64,000 nt of DNA from an uncultured Gemmatimonadales bacterium (GCA_963728915.1 CAVSLV010000004.1:192001-256000), one strand, 5' to 3'. Shown: positions 1 through 9,386, counted from the first letter of the stretch. A program made the numbers and translations. The notes: generated by a model not told the origin, from the letters alone.

Positions 1-1029
1 GTGGAGGTGACGTTCGAGGTCGTCCGCCAGATCGAGCGCCGACGGGTAGCGCTGTCCCGGCTCCGACCGGAGGGCGCGAAGCACGATCCCGTCGAGATCC
101 CCGCGGAGCGCGCGCTGCAACCGGGGTGGAGTGGTGCGGCGAAGCGCGCTCACCTGCGCGGGTTCCACCTCGGTCACCCTCCCGTCCCGATGCTGGATCC
201 GCGAAACCCGAGTCACCGTGAACGACGGCCGGGAAGGGAGCTCGTCGTCGGGGGCGCCGGACCGTCGGGAAGGTCGCCGGCCCGAGAGAAGCTCGTACAA
301 CAGCACGCCGAGCTGGTAGATGTCGCTCGCCGTGGTCGCGGCGTCGCCGGCAACCTGCTCCGGGCTGGCGTATTCGGGGGTCATCGGCCCCCGGCTTCCC
401 TCCTGCCGGGTGATCACCTCGCCGTCGTCGTTGCCGAGCAATCTGGCGATCCCGAAATCGAGCAGCTTCACTTCCCCCGCCGCGGTCACCAGGACGTTCG
501 ACGGCTTGAGGTCGCGGTGAATCACCAGATTGCGATGGGCGTAATGCACCGTGCGGCAGACTGCGCTGAACAGGCGCAGCCGGTCCTCGATGGACAGATG
601 GTTGGCGTCACAGTAGTCGGTGATCGGCGAGCCCCGAACCAGCTCCATCACGAAAAACGGTCGTCCTTCGCGGCTCACCCCTCCATCGAGCAGGCGCGCA
701 ATGCCGGCGTGGGCGAGTCGGGCCAGGATCTGTCGCTCCCGGAGGAAGCGGGATTCGATTTCCTCCGAATCCATCCCGGGCTTGATCAGCTTGAGAGCGA
801 CCTGCTGCTCGAACTGCCCGTCGGCGCGCTCGGCGAGCCACACGGTGCCCATCCCCCCGCGGCCCAGAACCTCGAGCAGTCGATAGGGCCCGACCAGGGA
901 ACCCAGAGCCTCGCCGCGCCCTGGGCCTTCCGCCATTTCGGCGAGGTAGGGCGCGGCAAAGGCGCTCGCGGTGCTTTCGAGGAAGTCCGCCTGGATGGCC
1001 TCCCGCCAGCGTTCTCCAGTGCCGCTCAT
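1..1029 (-). CDS. Hanks-type Ser/Thr protein kinase (5' part; runs off window start)
   Basis: Read by hand from ATG 1029: GPYRLLEVLGRGGMGTVWLA, VALKLI, HRDLKPSN, KLLDFGIA motifs; the start overlaps the ECF stop (ATGA). Confidence 0.93.
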   Translation of the reverse strand, partial: MSGTGERWREAIQADFLESTASAFAAPYLAEMAEGPGRGEALGSLVGPYRLLEVLGRGGMGTVWLAERADGQFEQQVALKLIKPGMDSEEIESRFLRERQILARLAHAGIARLLDGGVSREGRPFFVMELVRGSPITDYCDANHLSIEDRLRLFSAVCRTVHYAHRNLVIHRDLKPSNVLVTAAGEVKLLDFGIARLLGNDDGEVITRQEGSRGPMTPEYASPEQVAGDAATTASDIYQLGVLLYELLSGRRPSRRSGAPDDELPSRPSFTVTRVSRIQHRDGRVTEVEPAQVSALRRTTPPRLQRALRGDLDGIVLRALRSEPGQRYPSALDLADDLERHLH

Positions 1030-1595
1030 GTCTCGGCCAGCTCGCCGTAGAGCCAGTCTTTCGCCTTCTGCCAGTCGAGCTTGACCGTGCTCGTGGCCAG
1101 GTCCAGCGCATCCGCCGTTTGCTCGACCGTCATTCCCCCGAAAAACCGAAGCTCGACCAGCTGGGCATGGCGCGGGTTCATGCCGGCGAGCCGCTCCAGG
1201 GCCTGATCCAGTGCCAGCATCTGCTCGGCTCGATCGGCGGAGACCAGCGTGGCTCCTTCCCCGAGGTTGAGCCGTTCCGGCGCCGCGCCGCCTCCGCGCT
1301 TCTGGGCTCGATGGCGGCGGGCATAATCCACCAGCACGCGGCGCATCGCCGTCGCGGCCAGCGCGAGAAAATGGGACCGGTCCTGGACCCGAACCCGGGT
1401 GACGTCCAGCAGTTTGAGGTAGGTCTCATGAACCAGGGCGGTCGTCGTCAGGGTGTGGTCAGTTCGCTCACCCCGGAGTGCCCGGCTGGCGCGATGGCGG
1501 AGATCTTCGTAGACGAGGGGAAACAGCTGATCCAGGGCGGCCCGGCTTCCGTTGCGCCATTCGATGAAAAGCGTGGTCGCATCGAGACTGGCCAT
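1026..1595 (-). CDS. ECF-type RNA polymerase sigma factor (kinase-associated, TIGR02999-like)
   Basis: LFPLVYEDLR, HTLTTTALVHETYLKL, MRRVLVDYARRHRAQKRGGG, ELRFFGGMT motifs; start trimmed to MASLD. Confidence 0.9.
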   Translation of the reverse strand: MASLDATTLFIEWRNGSRAALDQLFPLVYEDLRHRASRALRGERTDHTLTTTALVHETYLKLLDVTRVRVQDRSHFLALAATAMRRVLVDYARRHRAQKRGGGAAPERLNLGEGATLVSADRAEQMLALDQALERLAGMNPRHAQLVELRFFGGMTVEQTADALDLATSTVKLDWQKAKDWLYGELAET

Positions 1596-1626
1596 AGCTG
1601 GGAGCGGAGCCGGACGAGAAGGGACT

Positions 1627-3294
1627 CTAAGATACCGTTCGCCTCCGCCCTCCGATAGCACCCCGATCGACCCCGCTGCCGCCCTGGGGAACCCGCCTCG
1701 AATTGAGGAAGGCCTTGGCCTCCTGGATGGTTTCCGGACGGTGTTTATCACCCGATAGCCGCAACAGCTCTCGATAGTACGCCGAAGCGTTTCGCGGGTC
1801 GCCGCTCGCGCGTGCGGCCCGCGCCGCGCCCAGCAGACTGTTGAACCGATGCGGGTAAAGCTCCAGAGATCGACGAAAGGCGACCAGCGCTTCCCCCGGC
1901 TGCTCCTGGTCCAGGGCGAGATCGCCCAGGAGCTCGAGTGCGGGAAGGGTGGGTGCCGGCGTGACCGGAGGCTTGGGAGTCTGCTCCTCCAGAGCGGCCG
2001 CCTGGGCCAGGGCCGCGCGGGCCGTGTCCTCGGCGCCCCTGCCGTGGGCAATCCAGCCGGCGAGCTCGAGCTTGAGCATCGCGATGTTCCGGGCGAATAG
2101 CTCCTCTCCGCTGCTTCTGGCGATTTCCTCGAGCACCGCCAGGCGAGCTCGCTCCGCTTCCGCGGCTTCCTGCTGCCCAAGATGCGCGGCTCCCAGGCCC
2201 CGGGCGAAGCGGGTCACCGCCTCCGCCCAGGGAAACCGGTCCCAGTCGAGGCCGGCGCGTTCCCGAACCGGCAGCGAGGCCGCCCCGCTCCAATCCCGCC
2301 GCTCGAGGACATACCGCGCCCGCGCCGAGGAGAGATGGAACGCGGTCTTGAAGGTGGGCTCCAAGTTCGGAACGGCCTCGAGACGTTGCACCTGGGCCAG
2401 CGCGCCGGCATCGTCGCCCTGCTGAAGGTAGGCATACACCAGGTACTCGACCGCGTGGGGGAATTCGTCCCACACCAGATCCCGCTGCTCCCCCGCGGGC
2501 TGGGCCAGGGCCGCTTCGGCCGCCGCCAGGTTGCCGCGGACCACACCGGCCCAGTCGCCCAGGCGGGTGTAGATGTGGGTCGGCATGTGCAGGGCGTGCG
2601 GGTTATGGGGAGCGATCGTTTCGTACTTCCGGGTGACCGCCAGCAGCTCGTGCTCCCGTCCCGGCACGTCGTTGGCGTGGATCAGGTAATGCATGGCGCC
2701 GGGGTGATCGGGATACTTCCGGTACACCGCCTCGAGGATCGCGGCCGCCCGGTCGGCATGCTCCCGCGACACGGTGGTTGCCGGCGTGGTGGCGAGGTGC
2801 GCCAGGGCGTAGAAGACGGCGGCCTCCGGGTCGTCGGGATAGTCGCGATAGGTGCGTTCGGCGGCGGCTTCCCAGCGCCGGATCCGACCCCAGTAATCCG
2901 GCGACGCCGGCTCCTGAAAGAACGCCTCGGCTTGTGCCAGGAACGACCGCTCCCGGGGAGAAAGGTTCCCGATCGAATCGGCCTGACCGACTTCCCGGAG
3001 TCCGCGCGCCAGGGCGTCCGCCCCGGGCCGAGTCGGCCAGAGCGGCTGGAACAGCGTCATCGCGATGCCCCAGTGGGCCATGCCGCAAGCGGGATCGCTG
3101 TTCGTCAGGGCGACGAACTCCTGCCTGGATTCCGGGTAAGTCATGTGGTGAAGCAGGGCCATCGCGTGGTTGAAGGCCGCCTGCGACGAGGCCGAACAGC
3201 TCACCGGGAAGGTGACCCTTCCGAGATGGTCCTGGTGGGGCTGGGCCGCCAGAGGCGAGAGCCAGCCTAACCCGAGCAGCAATACCCGCTTCAT
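1627..3294 (-). CDS. Secreted TPR-repeat protein
   Basis: Signal peptide MKRVLLLGLGWLSPLAAQ; G.V.FP.SC, HPGAMHYLIH and PHALHMPTHI motifs; helical repeats. Confidence 0.75.
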   Translation of the reverse strand: MKRVLLLGLGWLSPLAAQPHQDHLGRVTFPVSCSASSQAAFNHAMALLHHMTYPESRQEFVALTNSDPACGMAHWGIAMTLFQPLWPTRPGADALARGLREVGQADSIGNLSPRERSFLAQAEAFFQEPASPDYWGRIRRWEAAAERTYRDYPDDPEAAVFYALAHLATTPATTVSREHADRAAAILEAVYRKYPDHPGAMHYLIHANDVPGREHELLAVTRKYETIAPHNPHALHMPTHIYTRLGDWAGVVRGNLAAAEAALAQPAGEQRDLVWDEFPHAVEYLVYAYLQQGDDAGALAQVQRLEAVPNLEPTFKTAFHLSSARARYVLERRDWSGAASLPVRERAGLDWDRFPWAEAVTRFARGLGAAHLGQQEAAEAERARLAVLEEIARSSGEELFARNIAMLKLELAGWIAHGRGAEDTARAALAQAAALEEQTPKPPVTPAPTLPALELLGDLALDQEQPGEALVAFRRSLELYPHRFNSLLGAARAARASGDPRNASAYYRELLRLSGDKHRPETIQEAKAFLNSRRVPQGGSGVDRGAIGGRRRTVS

Positions 3295-3311
3295 CCTGTC
3301 CGCCTGTCCGC

Positions 3312-3719
3312 CTATCCCCCGGTACCAAACCGATAGCACCACGCCTCGCCTTCAAGGACGGTTTCTCCGTCCTGACGCCACACCCGGATCCCAAGCTGGC
3401 TCACCGGCTTGGAGGAATGGACGCTCAGCACCACCGCCTCCGCCGTGATCGTGTCGCCGATGTACACCGGTGCGGTGAACTTCCAGTTCTGACTGAGAAA
3501 GACGGTGCCCGGTCCCGGAAGATCCTCCGCCACCAGCGCATGCAGCAGTCCGGTGGTGAGTCCCCCCTGGACCACCAATCGGCCGAATCTGGTCGCCGCC
3601 ACGAAGTCTTCGTCGAAATGGAGAGGATTCCGGTCCCCGGTGATCTCCGAATAGAGCCGGACGTGTTCGGATGTCAGGGTCAGGGATCGAGTGGCCTTCT
3701 GGCCGATCGAGAGACTCAT
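3312..3719 (-). CDS. MaoC-family dehydratase (hot-dog fold)
   Basis: ITGDRNPLHFD and LPGPGTVFLSQNWKFTAPVYIGDT motifs; start MSLSIG overlaps the upstream stop. Confidence 0.9.
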   Translation of the reverse strand: MSLSIGQKATRSLTLTSEHVRLYSEITGDRNPLHFDEDFVAATRFGRLVVQGGLTTGLLHALVAEDLPGPGTVFLSQNWKFTAPVYIGDTITAEAVVLSVHSSKPVSQLGIRVWRQDGETVLEGEAWCYRFGTGG

Positions 3720-4447
3720 GGTCCCGTTGCCCCGGTCGTTCGATCCGCCATGATCCAGCGAGCGGTGACCTGCTGGGTGGCCAGCGACACCAGACAATAC
3801 GCCGCGAACCAGTAGAACCCGACCCCAAAAGTCGCGGTGAACGTGACCAGGGAGGGCGCGGTCCCGGGGGCCGATGGCGCCTGGCTGGCGCGGGCCGCGA
3901 GATAGGTGATGAAGAGCGCCACCGCGAAGACATCCGCCATGGACCATTTGGCGATCATCTCGACCAGGTGCAGGGTGCGCTTTCGTTGAAGTGCATCACG
4001 ATGGAAGACCGCCCAGAGCACCAGCCCTGCCTTGGTGAAGGGGACCAGGACACTGAACAGGAGGATCAGGGTCGCCGCCGTGACGCTGCCCACCTGGTAG
4101 AGGTGCCTGACCGAGCCGAGGATGCTCCGGGTCTGATGGTAGACCTCGATCGGCTGCCCCGTGCCAAGCTGCCGGGCGATCTGCCCGCCCAGCTGGATCA
4201 CCAGGGCGCCCTTGAGGCCTCCCGGCGCCTGCTCCAGCAAGGGAAGTACCGTCGGGTTGATGAGCGGGCGCAAGCTCGCGACGGTGGAATCCGATAATCC
4301 CTGGTTCAAGAGCTGCGGAGCCAGGCTTGCGACACCCTTGGGATCCAGTTGACCTCGGATCGTGATGACCGTGGTCAGAATGCCGGGCAAGAGCAGCCCG
4401 ATCGAAGCCGCCAGGCCGGCCAGCGCGAGCAGTCGACGCCGATTCAT
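3716..4447 (-). CDS. PqiA (paraquat-inducible protein A)-family membrane protein
   Basis: LFSVLVPFTK, KWSMADVF and GFYWFAAY motifs. Confidence 0.8.
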   Translation of the reverse strand: MNRRRLLALAGLAASIGLLLPGILTTVITIRGQLDPKGVASLAPQLLNQGLSDSTVASLRPLINPTVLPLLEQAPGGLKGALVIQLGGQIARQLGTGQPIEVYHQTRSILGSVRHLYQVGSVTAATLILLFSVLVPFTKAGLVLWAVFHRDALQRKRTLHLVEMIAKWSMADVFAVALFITYLAARASQAPSAPGTAPSLVTFTATFGVGFYWFAAYCLVSLATQQVTARWIMADRTTGATGP

Positions 4448-5145
4448 GGGAGTGGCTCCTCTCCCCGATCCTGCCGCTCCTGCTCCCGCCGGGCTCGGCC
4501 CTCATCCAGCCAGCGGCGCGTCATGTCTGCGGCGGCGTGGCGCGCCCCCAGTCCGAAGGCAAGCCCCGCCGCGAGCGCAAAGGCCCCAAGGATCAGGGTG
4601 AAGGCCGAGGTGACGATCTCCGGCGCGAGACCGAGCTGCTGCACCGCCATGAAGATCGCAATGGTGACCACCGCCGCTTTGGCGATCTTGGCCAGCACCG
4701 GGACCCCTGCCACCCGTCCCGCCGATACCAGCACCACCGCGCGGACGAATTCGCCCACGATCATGCCGAGGATCACGATGACGATCGCGGCGATCAGGGT
4801 CGGGATGTAGGAGAGCATGGTGCCGAACATGACGTTGATGCTCTCCAGTCCCAGCGCGCTGCTTGCGAGCAGGATCACCACCAGCATCACCATCCAGAAG
4901 AGGAGCTTGCCCACCGCGTGAATCGGGTCGAGTCGGGTCCCGGTCCGCCCCATCGCCTCGGAAAACCCGCCCCGCTCGGCGACCTTGTTGAAGTTGAGTC
5001 GCACCAGAAGCCCATCGGTCCACCGCTCCACCAGCTTCGCGATGAAATAGCCGGCGACCAGGATGACGATCGCACCCAGCGTCGCGGGAAGGATCGAGAA
5101 GAGCTGGGAGCCGCCAAGCTGCAATCGCTGCCACAGTTCGTTCAC
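4444..5145 (-). CDS. Membrane protein with MscS-type conserved TM helices (CmpX-like)
   Basis: Repeated hydrophobic helices, YIPTLIAA, and a C-terminal LAAGLAFGLG. Confidence 0.7.
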   Translation of the reverse strand: MNELWQRLQLGGSQLFSILPATLGAIVILVAGYFIAKLVERWTDGLLVRLNFNKVAERGGFSEAMGRTGTRLDPIHAVGKLLFWMVMLVVILLASSALGLESINVMFGTMLSYIPTLIAAIVIVILGMIVGEFVRAVVLVSAGRVAGVPVLAKIAKAAVVTIAIFMAVQQLGLAPEIVTSAFTLILGAFALAAGLAFGLGARHAAADMTRRWLDEGRARREQERQDRGEEPLP

Positions 5146-6185
5146 CGGTTCACCTCGATCACGAGTTTCCCGACCTGGTCGCCCGCCGCCATCCGTTCAT
5201 AGGCCTGCCTCCCCTCCGCCAACGGGACCACGCTGTCCACCACCGGCCAGAGCTTGCCGGCCCTGATTTTCTCCATGACCTGGCCAAACTCGGCACGCGT
5301 TCCCATGGTCGACCCCAGGAGACTCCACTGAAACCAGAACAGGCGCCGGATATCTACCCCCACTTCCGGGCCGCTCGTTGCTCCGCAGGTCACCAGACGC
5401 CCGCCGGGAGCAAGGGCCCCGAGCGACGCATCCCAGGTGGCCTCCCCAACCGAATCCACCACCACGTTGACCCCGCCTCCCAGATTCTTTCTGATCTCCC
5501 GGACGATGTCCCCGGGCGACCGCTCCCAGTGGTTGAAGACCTGATCCGCGCCCAGCGCTCGCGCCTTCTCGAGTTTGGCCGGGCTCGATCCGCTCACCAG
5601 GGCCACCGCACCCAGCTCCTTGGCAATCTGAAGCGCCGCCATCGAAATGCCACCGCCCGCCCCCCAGATCAGCACCGATTCTCCCCGGGAAAGTCTCGCT
5701 CTCGTCGTCAGCATTCGCCATGCGGTGAGCGTCGAGAGTGGGAATGCCGCCGCCTCGGCCCAGGACATCGTATCCGGAATTCCGGCAACGTTCCGTTCTG
5801 GAACGATGACCAGCTCGGCACAGGTGCCTGGCCGGTGTTCCCCCATGATCTGGAACGAACGGCAGTAGGGCTCTTCTCCAGCTCGGCACATCTGACAGCC
5901 GCCGCAGGAGATCCCCGGGTTGATCGCGACCCGGTCTCCGGCCCGCGGGGTTGTCACGCCGGGTCCGACGGCTTCGACTTCCCCGGCTCCGTCGGTTCCG
6001 ACGATGTGAGGAAAGGTCAGAGTGATGCCCTTCACCCCGTCGGTCAGGAAGAGATCCAGATGATTCAGGGCGGCGGCCCGCATCCTCAGGCGAACCTCAC
6101 CCGGTCCGGGCAGTGGCGGGTCAGGTAGGTCCAGCACCTCGAGCGCTTGCGGCCCGCCGAGTCGGGTTAGGGCCAGGGCTCGCAT
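5142..6185 (-). CDS. Zn-binding alcohol dehydrogenase/quinone oxidoreductase (MDR family)
   Basis: ALNHLD, HIVGTDGAG, CGGCQMC..C zinc site, GAGGG, LVTCGATSG. Confidence 0.9.
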   Translation of the reverse strand: MRALALTRLGGPQALEVLDLPDPPLPGPGEVRLRMRAAALNHLDLFLTDGVKGITLTFPHIVGTDGAGEVEAVGPGVTTPRAGDRVAINPGISCGGCQMCRAGEEPYCRSFQIMGEHRPGTCAELVIVPERNVAGIPDTMSWAEAAAFPLSTLTAWRMLTTRARLSRGESVLIWGAGGGISMAALQIAKELGAVALVSGSSPAKLEKARALGADQVFNHWERSPGDIVREIRKNLGGGVNVVVDSVGEATWDASLGALAPGGRLVTCGATSGPEVGVDIRRLFWFQWSLLGSTMGTRAEFGQVMEKIRAGKLWPVVDSVVPLAEGRQAYERMAAGDQVGKLVIEVNR

Positions 6186-6310
6186 GGAGAAAAAGTCCGC
6201 CTTGCAGAAGGGAGAAAGTTGTGCAAGATATATGACCCCCTTTGGTGGGCGCCGAAGCGCCTCCCCCTCTGCGGCGGGGCCTGCCGCAGGTGAGCCCTTG
6301 GAGGACCTGT

Positions 6311-6706
6311 ATGGCCGCGTTCCGAACCTCGGACACCTGGGAGTCAGGCGGAGGCTGGATGGATCCGATGCCTTCGTCGTCTCCACCCCCGCCCCCTCCG
6401 CCACCGCCCCCGCCGCCGCCGGCGCAACCGGCCCCCATGATGCGGCCGTCCAAGCCGATGGCTGAGGGGACCCCTGAGCGTCCGGCCCGAAAGCCGGCGG
6501 CGCCCAAGCCCGCCGCCCGGAAGGCGGCTCCGAAAAAGAAGAAGAAGGCCACGGCTCGGAAGCCCGCTCGCAAGGCAGCCCGGAAGCCGGCGCGCAAAGC
6601 GGCCCGGAAGCCCGCGCGGAAGCCGGCTCGCGCCATGAAGCGGAAGGCACCGAAGAAGGCGGTCCGGAGGACGGCAAAGAAGAAAGGCGGCAAGAAGCGC
6701 CGCTGA
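6311..6706 (+). CDS. Pro-rich, Lys/Ala/Arg-repeat histone H1-like basic protein
   Basis: GGAGG RBS before ATG 6311; run of 13 Pro; ARKPARKA repeats; followed by a palindromic hairpin. Confidence 0.65.
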   Translation: MAAFRTSDTWESGGGWMDPMPSSSPPPPPPPPPPPPPAQPAPMMRPSKPMAEGTPERPARKPAAPKPAARKAAPKKKKKATARKPARKAARKPARKAARKPARKPARAMKRKAPKKAVRRTAKKKGGKKRR

Positions 6707-6713
6707 TCGGGAA

Positions 6714-6737
6714 CGGGGCGGAGAATTCTCCGCCCCG
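6714..6737 (+). terminator. Probable intrinsic terminator hairpin
   Basis: Perfect palindrome CGGGGCGGAGAATTCTCCGCCCCG followed by GTTTCATTT. Confidence 0.7.
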
Positions 6738-6807
6738 GTTTCATTTGAGCTCCTGGCGGCCTCTCTCTGTGTCCAAAGGAACACGAGGGAGGATTAGCTT
6801 TTTCGCC

Positions 6808-7866
6808 ATGACAGACACCCCTCGAGACCAGCGTCCCGCCATCCGGCTCAGCTCCCTAAGCCACGGGGCGGGTTGAGCCTGCAAGCTCGGTAGCGACGAG
6901 TTGGCGCAGGTGCTGCGTCATGTCCCCGCGATTGTTGATCCCAACGTCCTGGTCGATGCCGCCAGCCGCGACGATGCCGCGGTGTATCGACTGGGACCCG
7001 ATCGCGCGCTCGTCGCCACCGTGGATTTCTTCACTCCGATCGTCGATTCCCCAGCGGACTGGGGCGCGATCGCGGCCGCCAACGCCCTCTCCGACGTGTA
7101 CGCCATGGGTGGAAGGCCGCTGTTCGCCCTCAACCTGGTGGGATGGCCCCGCGGGGTGCTCCCGTTCGAAGTCCTGGGCGAGGTGCTCCGGGGCGCCGGC
7201 GAGGTCGCCCGGCGCGCCGGGTGCCTTCTCCTCGGCGGCCATTCGATCGACGACCCCGAGCCCAAGTTCGGCCTCGTCGTCATCGGTGAGGTCCATCCCG
7301 ACCGGATGATGACCAACACCGCGGGACGCCCCGGCGACCGGCTGGTCCTCACCAAGCCGCTGGGAACCGGCATTCTCACCACCGCGTTCAAGCGCGACTG
7401 GATCTCCGAACCGGATCTCGACGACGCCGTGCGGGTTATGACGACCCTCAACGACGGGGCCGCCCGCGCCGCGCTGGCCCAGGGCGTCCGCTGCGCCACC
7501 GACGTGACCGGCTTCGGCCTGCTCGGCCATCTTCGCAACGTGCTCGCCGGGAGCGGGGTGGGCGCCCGCGTCATCTTCTCCCGACTGCCCTTGCTCGGTG
7601 GTGTTCTGGAGCTGGCGGGCCGCGGAGCCGTCCCGGGCGGCACGCGCCGGAACCTCGAGAGCGCGAGGGCGGAGTGGGATTCCAGTCTCACCGACATCGA
7701 GCGCCTGGTCACGGTCGATGCGCAAACGTCTGGCGGATTGCTCCTCGCGGTGACGCCGGACCGGCTGGAAGCGGTGCTGGCGTCGCTTGCGGCGGAGGCC
7801 ACCCCCGGAGCCGCGGTCATCGGCGAGCTCACGCCCGAGCGGGACGTGATCACGGTATCACGATGA
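6808..7866 (+). CDS. selD: Selenophosphate synthetase, selenocysteine-containing (in-frame TGA at 6874-6876)
   Basis: ATG 6808 reads MTDTPRDQRPAIRLSSLSHGAG-U-ACKLG in frame with DDAAVY, TVDFFTP, ANALSDVYAMGG, TDVTGFGLLGH and DAQTSGGLL. Confidence 0.93.
6877..6911 (+). promoter_or_regulatory. Candidate bacterial SECIS hairpin
   Basis: Directly after the UGA: GCCTGC-AAGCTCG-GTAGCGA-CGAGTT-GGC-GCAGGT can fold into a two-part stem with a G-initial loop. Confidence 0.6.
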
Positions 7867-8102
7867 GAAGGATTGCCGGGTGCTGGCTGGTGATGGCGGT
7901 GTTCCAGCTCTCGTGCGGCGAGGGGACCGGCCCCTCCGGGGATACTCGCACCTTCCGGATGGGCTTCGATGTGGGGGCGCTTCCCCCTCCGGTTCCCGAC
8001 AATCTGGGTCCCTTCGTGTACCTCGGACTGGTCGATGCGAACCTCGAGCCCAAGCCGGCGCTGCAGGCCTGGGACAGCGTCTTTGCCCTGCCCCGCAGGT
8101 GA
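7863..8102 (+). CDS. Short putative lipoprotein (possibly a truncated remnant)
   Basis: MRRIAGCWLVMAVFQLSC lipobox-like signal; overlaps the selD stop; only 79 aa. Confidence 0.5.
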   Translation: MRRIAGCWLVMAVFQLSCGEGTGPSGDTRTFRMGFDVGALPPPVPDNLGPFVYLGLVDANLEPKPALQAWDSVFALPRR

Positions 8103-8104
8103 TC

Positions 8105-8740
8105 ATGCGTCCCGCCGTGGTCCATCTCGACGAGAGCTGTCTCGGCAACGGCCGGGAGGCCCCGTCCCCCGGCGGGACGGCCGGGTTAATCGAGGTGCGA
8201 GCCGGTGGAGCCGTCGAGCGGCGTGACTTTTTTGTGCACGCTTCCGACACCACCAACAACAAGATGGCGCTGGCCGGGGCCATCGGGGTCCTGCAGCTGC
8301 TCTCCCGCAAGAAGGTGCGCCTCACCCTCCTGATCGTGTCGGATTCCGAATATCTGGTCCGCGGTGTCCGGGAATGGATGCCGGGCTGGCGGGCCCGGGG
8401 CTGGAAGCGGAAGACCGGAGAAGTCGAGAATCTCGACCTCTGGCGGGCCCTCGAATACTCCCTGACCCTCCATGAGGTCCAGTTCGGATGGGTCCGGGGC
8501 CACAATGGCCATCCCAAGAACGAGTACGCCAACGACCTTGCCGTTCGCGCGGCAAAAGAACAGGAAACCTCGGACGGTGTTGTGCCGTCCGGGTTCGATC
8601 CCTGGCTGGTCGAGCGTCGCGCGGCGGGACTCTATCTCGACTATGATCCGGACGGCGCGTTCGCGATGCTGGAGGGTCGCCTCCGCGCCGGGGAACGATT
8701 CCCCCTCGACCTCGATACGCTCACCCCCCGGGGAGGATGA
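8105..8740 (+). CDS. rnhA: Ribonuclease HI
   Basis: DESCLGN, TTNNKM, SDSEY, GWKRK, ENLDLW and WVRGHNGHPKNEYANDLA motifs. Confidence 0.88.
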   Translation: MRPAVVHLDESCLGNGREAPSPGGTAGLIEVRAGGAVERRDFFVHASDTTNNKMALAGAIGVLQLLSRKKVRLTLLIVSDSEYLVRGVREWMPGWRARGWKRKTGEVENLDLWRALEYSLTLHEVQFGWVRGHNGHPKNEYANDLAVRAAKEQETSDGVVPSGFDPWLVERRAAGLYLDYDPDGAFAMLEGRLRAGERFPLDLDTLTPRGG

Positions 8741-8743
8741 GGC

Positions 8744-9385
8744 ATGGATGAGCTGACTCGGTTCGCGCGCACCCTGGTGGAACGACTCGGGACCAAGGCG
8801 GACAACGGGCCGGTCTCGGTCCGCGCCATCCGGAAGGAAATCCTTCCCTACCGGGCCGAACGGCGGAATCTGGGACTCTCCAGCGTGGAGGACTACGAAA
8901 CCGTGTTGCTTCGCCTGGTCGCCGAGGAGCGGGGATTCGTGCGGACCGCCCCTCCCGACTCGGCCCAGCGCTGCCGGGAGCTCCTGGCGCATCCTAACCC
9001 GGATCTCGGCGTGCTCGAGGAGCTCGGGGATTCCACGATCCAGTTTACCTCACTGGCCGCCGCGCCGGTGTTCGAGCAAACGGACCGGCGGACCGGCGGC
9101 CCGTCGGAAAGCACCGACGCAGGCAGTCCGCCCATCCGCCCATCCGCCCGTCCGCCTGCAGCCGCCCGTCCGCCTGCAGCGGTCCGCCCATCCGCCGGTC
9201 CGCCTCAAGCCTGCCGCCACTGCAACGAATCGGTCCCCACTGAGCGGGTCGCGGTCTTCTGCCCCTGGTGCGGCGAGCGGCTGATCCCGCTCACCTGTGA
9301 ACGCTGCGGCTCGGAGTTCGACTCCGGATGGCGACATTGCATCACCTGCGGTGCGCCGGTCGCCGATCCCTATCGCACGAGTTGA
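8744..9385 (+). CDS. Hypothetical protein with C-terminal double zinc ribbon
   Basis: CRHC, CPWCG, CERCG and CITCG motifs. Confidence 0.75.
   Translation: MDELTRFARTLVERLGTKADNGPVSVRAIRKEILPYRAERRNLGLSSVEDYETVLLRLVAEERGFVRTAPPDSAQRCRELLAHPNPDLGVLEELGDSTIQFTSLAAAPVFEQTDRRTGGPSESTDAGSPPIRPSARPPAAARPPAAVRPSAGPPQACRHCNESVPTERVAVFCPWCGERLIPLTCERCGSEFDSGWRHCITCGAPVADPYRTS
9081..9206. repeat. Short ~8-nt tandem repeats in inverted arrangement within a CDS linker
   Basis: CGGACCGG units followed by CC(A/G)TCCGC units; related CCTGTCCG/CGGACAGG units at 3295-3310 and 60971-60998. Confidence 0.55.
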
Positions 9386-9386
9386 G

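Noticed and set aside
6480..6640. Repeat array resembling a CRISPR or VNTR
   Set aside because: The repeats are degenerate codon-level repeats of the ARKP/ARKA protein motif with no spacers.
6856..6900. selD as a pseudogene, or starting at TTG 6901
   Set aside because: The TGA falls on the catalytic Cys/Sec position with a downstream hairpin, and a start at 6901 would remove the essential motif.
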